From: the human T2T-CHM13v2.0 reference genome, Homo sapiens
Reading direction: 5' to 3' (one strand)
Assembly: GCF_009914755.1 (NCBI RefSeq)
Contig: NC_060930.1
Length of the DNA: 64,000 bases
Part shown: piece by piece, positions 12,303 to 23,560 of the stretch
Position numbering within the stretch: position 1 is the first letter of the stretch
Layout: each line of letters begins with the position of its first letter
Program-made: the position numbers and the translations under genes
The notes under the pieces: model-generated
Database searches by the model: none
Told to the model about the DNA's origin: nothing
The model's input: the letters and a program-made list of their open reading frames with translations, nothing else

Positions 12303-14399
12303 AGGAATGACAAATGAATTACCTTATAAGTAAATGCCATTAAGGAAGGATAGCTGGAAGATGGGTTGAGGGGAATGGAGGACCACAGAACTAGTCCTAT
12401 TTAAATACATGTGCATGGTAAAATGATTCCATTTGACAATAGGTTAATTATCTCATAGCATAAGGAAAATGCTTAACAGTCATATGCAAGATGATAAGCT
12501 TTCCTATAGCATCCAACCAAAAGATCTAGCCAGTACAATTTCCTTTGCTATATTAGGGTTAGAAAGGCCCCCAGAGGTGAACCAATTAGATGGAATCCTT
12601 GAATAAAACACTGGATTAGCAGTGAACAGAAAAAAGTCAGATTGCTTTCCTTCTTCCCATAGATGTCTCAGGGATATTTAGTTTCCTCAGAAGATAAAGA
12701 ATTTAGTAAGCGTTTTTTTGTGCATACTTACATGAAATGTACATTATTTGAATTCTTTAAAAAGAAACAGCTGCATGATAACAAAAATTGTGTTATGCTT
12801 GCTTTAGCTGGTATTTTTGCCTAGAACGATTATATCGTTCGGACAAGAAGCTATTCCTAAGAAACAATATTTTTAATCCAGGAAGTTTTTCATTTTTAGA
12901 AATTTATCTTACTATTTCCCAAGCAAAAGAGGGTAGTTACAGATTCACTAAGAATCATGTGCTCACAATTTTTATTTAATAATTATTCCTCCTTAAAATA
13001 TATTAATCACCTGACTTACAATGGTGGAACCATGAGTGCATTTTTGCCTTTATTGTCAATAACGTCTTCTCAGAAGTGAGCCACAAAGGTGCATAGTTCT
13101 TGGAGTTAAAGGTCTGAATTAAGACAATCCAGCATAAGTCTCATTAATGTGTGATTATTTTGAGAAAAGGCAAGAAGTACCTAAGAATCTCCCCCTCACT
13201 GTCCAGTTCCCTGTTTCATTTAAAGATTCACTGTAAGTAACTGAAAGGCTTTCCTTGGGAGGATTTATTTGAATCAGTCTTTCACATGCAAAGGATATTG
13301 TAGAACATCTCGTTTTTGCTGGCAGGAATATGAACATCTGTTGTGAGGAAAGAAAAAGTTTCATGCAAATTACACTGCCAAAGAAGGGATGTTCAAGTTG
13401 AGAAACCAGTGACATTTCTTGTAACTGTACTATGAATCAGCGCATTTTAATCTTCTAGATAATATATGGAAGTGCAGGAAGGTGGTAGGAAACGGTGTTC
13501 ATTTTACATATGCGTTATTTTATTCTGTGTGAGTGACTTCATGGCACCGACATTGCTGTTTTTAAATGAGGATACAGTAAATTGCAGTCCGAGGAAGGCT
13601 AACTGGAATCAACATACCCGTAGCTTTAGAAAGCAGTTTCCGCACCAGCGAAGAGTACAAGAGCGATGGAACCCCATGTTCCTGGAAGTTTGCACATCAG
13701 AGTAAACAAACTTGAAAACCCCTCTTGATAGCAGAATTCACCCAGCCTTGTTCCATTTTCTCTTAACAAAACACACCGCAAAAGCTCTCACAAGCTGCTT
13801 TGATGAAGCCACATGTATTTCCCCCTTCACAATTTACAGGAAGTTACTCTTAAAAGAAAGTGATTCTGGTGTTTACCGCCTGTGTTAAAGGGACAGAGTT
13901 CCTTTTTATTTCTGATAACGTTTGAGCGAAATACAGAAACTATCTGTAGACTAGCATAGTCGGTACGTGAGTAAGGAAAAGCAATAACCTGCTGTCCGGT
14001 GAGCACAAAATTCCTGCTACGAACAGTGCCTTACTGCTGCTTGGAGACTGCAAGTCGCAGATCACACTAGGTATTGACTGATTGTATAAGGAAATTTCTT
14101 AAAGTCTAAAGTAAAGGTGGTACCTCCTAAAAAGAGGGGAAGAGAGAAAACTTTGTGTGGAAGGATAAGGAGTGTGTTTATAGTTTCAGTAAGAGTGTAC
14201 GTTTTAATTTTTCTTCTTCCTCTGCCTCTTTGCCAAGTAGCCTGAGTGCATCTGTTATCCAGAAGTAGTATTACTCTAGGACAAACTTCAAATTCTTCAT
14301 TCTGCGTTGCCTTTAAGGAACAACATACTTTCTTCCTGTTCTTTTTCCAAAAACACACGCCTATGGCTCTGTGTGTGGTGTTTTAGCCAGCCTCCTCCC

Positions 14400-14942
14400 A
14401 GATAAGGGGTTCCCTTCCCTCCTTTGCATTGAAAGGAAAGTGCAAGTCTGGACATGTTTATCAAGAGGAAAAGTGACTTCTCAGTAATAGACTGTCAAAT
14501 TCGGGCTGCTGCCCGAGTGTTCGCTTTGTTATGGCAGGTGAAGTTCACCTTTGCCCCACCCAGTGTTTCCACAAAAAGGCAAGGTTCCAAGTATTCATAT
14601 GAACAAGTGTTACTTTAGGACTTGGAGGGTTGGGGGTGGAGGATGTTTGCATAGTTGAAGCCTTGGGCGGGGGTGTAGGAAACGGCGAGTACAGAGGCCA
14701 TAGAAAAAGCTAAGACTCAGTTTGACGTCGTCAGCCGGCTTGGTCTTCTACCCAGTGACTCAAAGCACTAAAAGTCAGCATAATCGGAACTGAAGTCAGT
14801 AGCATCGCCCATTTGCCATTCACTGCAGTAGCAAAAGTAGTACTCTGTGGTGGGTTAATCGGTTTGAGGCAGCTCCTTAAATGAACATTTGTGTTTCATT
14901 TTTCTGTTATTTTCCCGAACATGAAAAGACGATAAAACTGAA
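14400..14942 (+). promoter_or_regulatory. PRDM1-beta internal promoter region
   Basis: p53-like element 14440-14459, kappaB-like 14405-14415, GC box ~14665-14674, CRE-like TGACGTCG ~14723, AP-1 TGACTCA ~14756, upstream of the MEK exon. Confidence 0.7.
14440..14459. promoter_or_regulatory. p53 response element
   Basis: GTGCAAGTCT GGACATGTTT: two RRRCWWGYYY half-sites, zero spacer, 1 mismatch. Confidence 0.7.
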
Positions 14943-14951
14943 ATGGAAAAG
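14943..14951 (+). CDS. PRDM1: PRDM1-beta alternative first exon, coding part (MEK)
   Basis: gaaATGGAAAAG|GTAACT: strong Kozak context and a donor; splicing to exon 4 gives 691 aa, matching the known PR-truncated beta isoform. Confidence 0.88.
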
Positions 14952-15042
14952 GTAACTGACAAAAGTGTGCCTTACCTGTTTCCGCCCTGATTTCTGCTGA
15001 TTCAAGACTATTCTGGCTAAACTGATTGGATTCTTTTTCTAA

Positions 15043-15447
<405 letters not shown>

Positions 15448-17906
15448 TAATGTCGGTTCTGCCCCTTTGAACTAATAACATGTTGTTTAATTATACGGCT
15501 TTGTCATGTGTTGGATGAAGTAGGTGGCTTAAGCTAGGGACTAGGAAGAGGAAAAACATTTTTTGAGTCCCTATTAACTATTAGGAAACTTGATCATTTA
15601 AAAGTATATATATATATGAGGAGCTACCTTGAGTTTTGAATTCAGGATGTTACAGGAAGAAATATATGTCCAATTCTAATTTATCCAAAAGCAGTTGGGA
15701 GAATTACAGGGATTGGTCCAGACATGCTGCGTATGCAAGGTATAGCCCTCATCTGTGGTACTTTGGCAGGGCTTAGACTGCATCAAAATATTTATAGATG
15801 TACATTTGAGTGTACAGTTAGGATCTGATGTGGAACATTGTAAGATCATTGCTAGAAAAACTTTGTCATAATTTTTCAATATTATTCTAAGTGAATAACC
15901 GTAAAGATTTTACATCTTAGCTTCCTTCCTTACAGTAAAAAAACTATCTGATCTCTTGATCAGTATTATAGTAGCCACCTATCACTTTATCTTAACAAAT
16001 TCTCAATTCCTTAGGTTTATGTGCTTTTACTTCTTTTATTTGATTAAAATTGCTGTCATGACCTCTCTCTGCAGAGGGCTGCATCATTTTGGTCATTCTC
16101 AAGTGATCTCTTGGAGCAATTTAAGAATTGCCATAAGATTCTAACCTCTGCTGTAACTATGGTTGTGTGTTCTTGGTTAGACCACTAAATCTTATTAGCA
16201 GTTTTAAAAATTATTCCTTTTGGTTTAGAAGTTAAGACTAAATGCTGAAGTTTTTGTAACTTTTGGTTTTGATATCATTTCAAACTTAAGAAAACATTTG
16301 AAGAAAAGGACAAAGAATTTCCACTTACCCTTTACCCAGGTTTACCAGTTATTGATAAGTATATCCATTTGCTTTACCAGAAGGCTAACTTGTTTTAGTT
16401 CTCATTTTCACCTTTGAGACATTTGGAATAAATATCAATGTTAACATAAATTGGAATTTTGACTTTGATTTTAGGACCAATGAACAAGCCAAGTACTTAC
16501 CCTAGTCATATATAATCCAACTGTATGGTTATTTGGTATTCATTCCACACTTCATTTTACTTGATCTCCCTTAAGATTGCAAGATTGTGTTTGCAGTTTT
16601 TCTGAAAATCTGGGGCTATAAAAGCATCAGGACCTCCCCCGTAGGGGAGGTCGTGTGTTTGGGGTCCTTACACAACAGGTTACCCTTGAGCTTCAGGAAA
16701 AGAACTGGCTCCCAGTTCCCCAGTTCCAGCTTAATGGGTCTAATTAGGTCCTGACCAAAAAGGTGGCAGTTCTTTTCCCTCATGTCTCTTCAGCGCTCCC
16801 CGAGACTCTGGAGACTCTGTCATATCCCTAGGGCTGAGCCTCCCAGGAACCATTCGGCTGTTGTGGCATCTGTGTATGCCATGCCCAGTGCTGAGGACCT
16901 AGTAACAAACGACAAATGCACAGGCACAGTGGCATTTTTGTGGAACTCGTATTCCAGCTGTGCGTCTCAGAAGAAGCGCACAGCTCCCTCCTGGCTTTCT
17001 TAACATAGTGAGCCACTTCCACTTAAGGGTCTCCTTACATTCCTTGAGTTTAATCATTCATGGATTCAGAGGAAAGTCTTTTGATTTTTGCTTTTCTTTA
17101 AACAGTTCATTTGAGGTGACCTACCCCAGTGACTTTGCACCAACCACCAAGAAACTTTTTTGCATGCTTCCCGCACCCTGTGCCAATCAAGGGAAGGGTT
17201 TAAAGGCCTGGCGTTTTTATTCCTCAAAGAAAGGTTTTGCACAGTATTTTAAGGTTCAAGTGCTTCTACTTTGTGTTCAGAAGCAACTGTCATATATACT
17301 GTGAAATGACACCTTTTATTTATCCCTTTTTATTTATGCAGTATGTCCCCTTTTATTTTGGCAGAATTTTTTCTAAATGATGGTTTAACATTTTCAAGCA
17401 CATTTCATTGTCCAATATTCATAGTAAAGAATGAGAGTTAACAATAACCAGTCACATTAAAACAAGATTCCTGCTGCCAGTTGTGAAACCGGTTGTCTTA
17501 GGCGTGGCAGCTGATGATTGAGACTGTGATCAGGAAAATTTCCACTATTTCATCAGGCCTAATAGGTAGATTGTGTCTCCAAATGAACTGTGTTGGGTTT
17601 CCATGCTTAAAGCACAATAGAGGTGGTGCAAGAATCTCCATGAGGGCTTAAATGGCAGTGATGGTTCAGGCGGTAGAGTTTGGAGAAGAAGGGATTTGAA
17701 ACAAACCAAAGGAAAGAAAAGTAAGTAGCCAGAAATCACAAAATGGCATTTTTCTAAAAACAAAGGAAAAGGAATAAAAGAACTAATAAGTTTGAAACCC
17801 CTACCCCTCCCAAATTTGGCAGGGGGGGAGGTATTTTTTTTCTATCTATCTAACTAACCCATCTAGAAAACAGTTGACCAAATTATAGACTTCTAAATGT
17901 TAATCT

Positions 17907-18067
17907 GCTTTCTCAGTTTCAGTTGAAAAGAGACTTTGTTTTGCCTACTGCAGAACTTCTAGGTTCTTTCTTATAGTCTTGGGGTTCTTATTATAGATCG
18001 AAAATGTGAGTCGGCATAATTAAGCCATTCGGAGTCTTCAGAAGCAGTTCACTCTTGAAATGACTCC
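17907..18067. promoter_or_regulatory. Intron-4 enhancer module (ISRE, MARE-like, AICE-like)
   Basis: Reverse-strand CAACTGAAACTGAGAAAGC 17907-17925; GTGAGTCGGCA ~18006-18016; GAAATGACTCC 18057-18067. Confidence 0.6.
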
Positions 18068-20011
18068 GTCCGCCTACAGCCATTTAAGATTTCAGAACAA
18101 AAACAGATCTTGATTTTCTTTTTCATGTTAACTCAAGCTGTTGCTGAGTGGGAGAGTCAGAAATGACACCAGCTCCACTGATTACTCAGCTGCTGAAGGA
18201 TGATTTTTTAAAATGCACCTTTACTGTATATGGACTTCCTAATTTCCACCTGTAGAGCATCTTAGGGAGGCTAACATGTCACTCTGGATGTTCTTTTAGA
18301 ATAAGATGCAAATCTATTTTTCTGAAGGCATTAGAGATAGCAAACATTTATTGTGAGTTTACTATATACTAGGCACTGTGCTAAGTGTTTTGCATAGAAA
18401 GTTTAAAATTCTGGCTTTTTTGTTGGCCCAATCATAAGTTTCATATCAGTTCAACATTCAAATTATATTAAGGTACTTAAGAAGAATCCCTGGCTAAATG
18501 TGAGGGGCAGTGCCACAGATGGACTGAAACTTTATGCTTATTGCACATTTATGCTATTATTATTTGTTGAATTATAGAACCAAGGGAGTGTGGAAGCCAC
18601 TGGAAAAAATATGAGACTTAGATACATAATTTGAGTAAAAATGGCTCAAAGTCATGAGGGTAAAGTTTTTTGTATTTCCATTTTATTCGAGCGGCATCGT
18701 TTTTAAAAATCATTATGAATTTGACCCTATATAGATGTTTCCAAATAATTCTTTTTCACCTTCATAAAATTCCTTCCTGTGGCTGTGAGATGCCTTGCCT
18801 ATCAGTTTTCAAGCTTAGTTGTCTTTCTCATCCTTTACCATTTTAGCTTTAAAAAACAAAAGTGACAATTAGAACTTCCTGCCTGCTGGGCCTCACTGAA
18901 AGACCGATATTGGCCTGATAAGGAGATATTTATTTTGTTTTAGTGGCTTCAGAAATCCCTCTCCCTCAGCAAGCTTTCCATCACGGCCCCCCCGTCAGCA
19001 TCTTCCCTGATAGCGTTCTTCTCTGTGTTTATTCTGGGGCTTCAGGCTCGCCCAGGAGGAACTGATAACCGCTGGCAGGAGATAACATTCTCTAAGGGGC
19101 TCTCAAATTGGAATCGAATCCCTCAAGCCAGTCAGCCTAGAGAATACATTTAAAGGGTTCAGTTCTGGAGTTTCACAGAGTTCATTTCTAGACCTATCAG
19201 ATAGCAAGTGTGGAGTTCTTTCTCAACTAAATTCAAGCAGAGACATTTTTTAGACGATGAAGGATATTTGCACAAAGGCTTCAGCATGATCCCCCAAACC
19301 TGCTGCCTCTGAAGGCATCTCCACACATTGACAGCCAATGCCTTCAGTGCGTTCCTAGGGCAGGTGTCCTGGCTTGAGTGACTGCCCTCCAATAATCAGA
19401 GCTCAAACTAAACATCGTATGTTTTACTTTTGGTTTCCAGGCAAGGCTGAGCAGGGAATTTTCAGTTTTCCCTGCCCAGATGGGTGTTTTTTCCTGAAGG
19501 CATCATTTATTGTGTAGCGAGGAGACAGGGCTGGCTGTGGCAGGGATAGTCTAGAACTGTCCTCATTGCTGCTGTTCCTAAATAGTATCTTTACCAAGTA
19601 ATAACGTGCCGTCTTTGGGAATAAGTGCTTTCCTCTTAGCCTGTTCTGTTTTCTTGGGTGCGCTAAGTAATTGAACTGGCTCAGGAAGTACCTATTGTGG
19701 TTTGGCAGAGGTGACTGTCACGCCTTGTGACTCCAGGGGCCAGCACTGCTGGGATCCTGGCTAGACCAGACAGAGCCTTGGTGAAGTGCTTAGGCTGTCT
19801 GCACATCGCGAGGAAGGTGGTATTCACTTCGCTAAGCTCCTTGGCATAGGCAGTTTGAACAGGGCTTTATCAAATTCGTATTCAACAAGAGTAGAAGCGA
19901 AAATTGATGACTGTGTATTACTTGAAATGAGTCTTAATCTTTCACATTTAGTTCTCAGGGTATGCTGATTTCCTTTAGGTAAACCATGAACATCAGAAAG
20001 ACTTTTATTAA

Positions 20012-20407
<396 letters not shown>

Positions 20408-20681
20408 TAAGGTCTGTACTAATGAAAACAGAATCACCCAAGGCTGCTGTTTGTTCTGTCTGTGCTGCCATTGTCCGCATTTTGCTGAGGAGGAAACGGA
20501 ACTGCACTTTTGAGTGAGTGGCCCAGAGCCTTCTAGAATGAGAGTGCGTTGGAAGCCAGATATGTGGCGATTGTGTCGCCAGCTGTTACTCAGGTTTTCT
20601 CAAGAAGGAGGAGCAACTTTGGCAGTTTTGCTTCAGTTCTCTCTAGCCCTCTGTGTAATCGCCCCTTTTTCTTTATTTCAG

Positions 20682-21790
20682 CACAAACACAGAGCAGTCT
20701 AAAGCAACCGAGCACTGAGAAAAATGAACTCTGCCCAAAGAATGTCCCAAAGAGAGAGTACAGCGTGAAAGAAATCCTAAAATTGGACTCCAACCCCTCC
20801 AAAGGAAAGGACCTCTACCGTTCTAACATTTCACCCCTCACATCAGAAAAGGACCTCGATGACTTTAGAAGACGTGGGAGCCCCGAAATGCCCTTCTACC
20901 CTCGGGTCGTTTACCCCATCCGGGCCCCTCTGCCAGAAGACTTTTTGAAAGCTTCCCTGGCCTACGGGATCGAGAGACCCACGTACATCACTCGCTCCCC
21001 CATTCCATCCTCCACCACTCCAAGCCCCTCTGCAAGAAGCAGCCCCGACCAAAGCCTCAAGAGCTCCAGCCCTCACAGCAGCCCTGGGAATACGGTGTCC
21101 CCTGTGGGCCCCGGCTCTCAAGAGCACCGGGACTCCTACGCTTACTTGAACGCGTCCTACGGCACGGAAGGTTTGGGCTCCTACCCTGGCTACGCACCCC
21201 TGCCCCACCTCCCGCCAGCTTTCATCCCCTCGTACAACGCTCACTACCCCAAGTTCCTCTTGCCCCCCTACGGCATGAATTGTAATGGCCTGAGCGCTGT
21301 GAGCAGCATGAATGGCATCAACAACTTTGGCCTCTTCCCGAGGCTGTGCCCTGTCTACAGCAATCTCCTCGGTGGGGGCAGCCTGCCCCACCCCATGCTC
21401 AACCCCACTTCTCTCCCGAGCTCGCTGCCCTCAGATGGAGCCCGGAGGTTGCTCCAGCCGGAGCATCCCAGGGAGGTGCTTGTCCCGGCGCCCCACAGTG
21501 CCTTCTCCTTTACCGGGGCCGCCGCCAGCATGAAGGACAAGGCCTGTAGCCCCACAAGCGGGTCTCCCACGGCGGGAACAGCCGCCACGGCAGAACATGT
21601 GGTGCAGCCCAAAGCTACCTCAGCAGCGATGGCAGCCCCCAGCAGCGACGAAGCCATGAATCTCATTAAAAACAAAAGAAACATGACCGGCTACAAGACC
21701 CTTCCCTACCCGCTGAAGAAGCAGAACGGCAAGATCAAGTACGAATGCAACGTTTGCGCCAAGACTTTCGGCCAGCTCTCCAATCTGAAG
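20682..21790 (+). CDS. PRDM1: PRDM1 exon 5, Pro/Ser-rich repression region and start of zinc finger 1
   Basis: Acceptor tttatttcag|CA, donor AAG|GTAGGC; 1109 nt; lies within ORF 20549..21826. Confidence 0.97.
20870..21790. other. Intragenic CpG-rich segment in exon 5
   Basis: High GC and many CpG dinucleotides compared with the flanking introns. Confidence 0.6.
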
Positions 21791-22227
21791 GTAGGCCTTG
21801 AGAGAGAGCAGTCCAAGGGGCTGTGAGTGCATGCTTGTGTTTGTATTTAGCTTGCTTTCCATGGGGTATCGATTGCATTTGCAGTAGTATGAGCCCCCGG
21901 TTGGGGATAGTGGGTATGGATTCCGCCTGGCTTTTGCCACTTCTAGCTCTTTGACTTTGGACAAGTGACTTCCCTTCTCCTGATTTTCTTCTGAATAATA
22001 AAAAAATTAGGGGTTTGGACTAGAAGATTAGGTGAAACTCCCTGCTAGCCTGTGATTTTTGTGCTTTTAAGAAAAACACCATTCTGAAAACATGAAGATT
22101 TCTTCTTTTTAAGACTGTCTTGATGCTTTTCTTAAGATATTTGCATCAACACTTGAGTCTTGGAGCAGAAATGTTAGGTCTCAGAGCCAGCTTGAGAGCA
22201 GAGCTAACACATGTGGCTTCTTCCCAG

Positions 22228-22356
22228 GTCCACCTGAGAGTGCACAGTGGAGAACGGCCTTTCAAATGTCAGACTTGCAACAAGGGCTTTACTCAGCTCG
22301 CCCACCTGCAGAAACACTACCTGGTACACACGGGAGAAAAGCCACATGAATGCCAG
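22228..22356 (+). CDS. PRDM1: PRDM1 exon 6, zinc fingers 1-3
   Basis: Acceptor ttcccag|GTC, donor CAG|GTGCGC; 129 nt; HSGERPF and HTGEKPH linkers. Confidence 0.97.
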
Positions 22357-22767
22357 GTGCGCAGTATTTTCTGGGTAGACCTTCTGACCTTTGTAGAAAA
22401 TGTCTGTGAGTCACCCTCCCATGTCCTATATAGCCCGTAGTTAAAGCCAACACCAGATTCTGCGTTGTCCCATCCTGGACTGATGGCACTATGGTCCTTC
22501 CCAGTACTTTGTATCTGCTGATGACTTGAGATGGCACAGCCAGCTTCCAGTGGGTGGGAAAATGGTAGGGGAAATAAACAGCCCCTCGTGTGCTGTGTGC
22601 CCACATCCCCCCGTTTGCTTAATACCACACTGGAGGTGCCACAAGGAGGCTTCTCACCTCCTAGGTTGCTGGGCGTTGGCCGGTAAGCCTGCCCCTCCCG
22701 TTGGCAACTCTTAATCTTCTGGCCTTCCTGTCTCCCTTCCCTGCTGTCTCTCTCCCCTACACTGTAG

Positions 22768-23343
22768 GTCTGCCACAAGAGATTTAGCAGCACCAGCAAT
22801 CTCAAGACCCACCTGCGACTCCATTCTGGAGAGAAACCATACCAATGCAAGGTGTGCCCTGCCAAGTTCACCCAGTTTGTGCACCTGAAACTGCACAAGC
22901 GTCTGCACACCCGGGAGCGGCCCCACAAGTGCTCCCAGTGCCACAAGAACTACATCCATCTCTGTAGCCTCAAGGTTCACCTGAAAGGGAACTGCGCTGC
23001 GGCCCCGGCGCCTGGGCTGCCCTTGGAAGATCTGACCCGAATCAATGAAGAAATCGAGAAGTTTGACATCAGTGACAATGCTGACCGGCTCGAGGACGTG
23101 GAGGATGACATCAGTGTGATCTCTGTAGTGGAGAAGGAAATTCTGGCCGTGGTCAGAAAAGAGAAAGAAGAAACTGGCCTGAAAGTGTCTTTGCAAAGAA
23201 ACATGGGGAATGGACTCCTCTCCTCAGGGTGCAGCCTTTATGAGTCATCAGATCTACCCCTCATGAAGTTGCCTCCCAGCAACCCACTACCTCTGGTACC
23301 TGTAAAGGTCAAACAAGAAACAGTTGAACCAATGGATCCTTAA
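22768..23343 (+). CDS. PRDM1: PRDM1 exon 7 coding part, zinc fingers 3-5 and acidic C-terminus (...VKQETVEPMDP*)
   Basis: Acceptor actgtag|GTC, stop TAA 23341-23343; 576 nt; VKQE SUMO consensus. Confidence 0.97.
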   Translation, partial: VCHKRFSSTSNLKTHLRLHSGEKPYQCKVCPAKFTQFVHLKLHKRLHTRERPHKCSQCHKNYIHLCSLKVHLKGNCAAAPAPGLPLEDLTRINEEIEKFDISDNADRLEDVEDDISVISVVEKEILAVVRKEKEETGLKVSLQRNMGNGLLSSGCSLYESSDLPLMKLPPSNPLPLVPVKVKQETVEPMDP

Positions 23344-23533
23344 GATTTTCAGAAAACACTTATTTTGTTTCTTAAGTTATGACTTGGTGAGTCAGGGTGC
23401 CTGTAGGAAGTGGCTTGTACATAATCCCAGCTCTGCAAAGCTCTCTCGACAGCAAATGGTTTCCCCTCACCTCTGGAATTAAAGAAGGAACTCCAAAGTT
23501 ACTGAAATCTCAGGGCATGAACAAGGCAAAGGC

Positions 23534-23560
23534 CATATATATATATATATATATATATAT
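23534..23560. repeat. (TA)n microsatellite in the 3'UTR
   Basis: About 13 AT units. Confidence 0.9.

Noticed and set aside
20843-21684. Antisense ORFs of 182 and 109 aa over exon 5
   Set aside because: Shadow ORFs caused by GC-rich codon usage on the coding strand; no independent promoter, splice or domain evidence
20549-21826. 425-aa ORF as a stand-alone gene
   Set aside because: It is exon 5 plus open intronic flanks; it starts at TTG and has proper splice sites inside it
22317-23204. Antisense ORFs of 209, 161 and 75 aa over exons 6-7
   Set aside because: Mirror of the zinc-finger coding sequence; no recognisable protein
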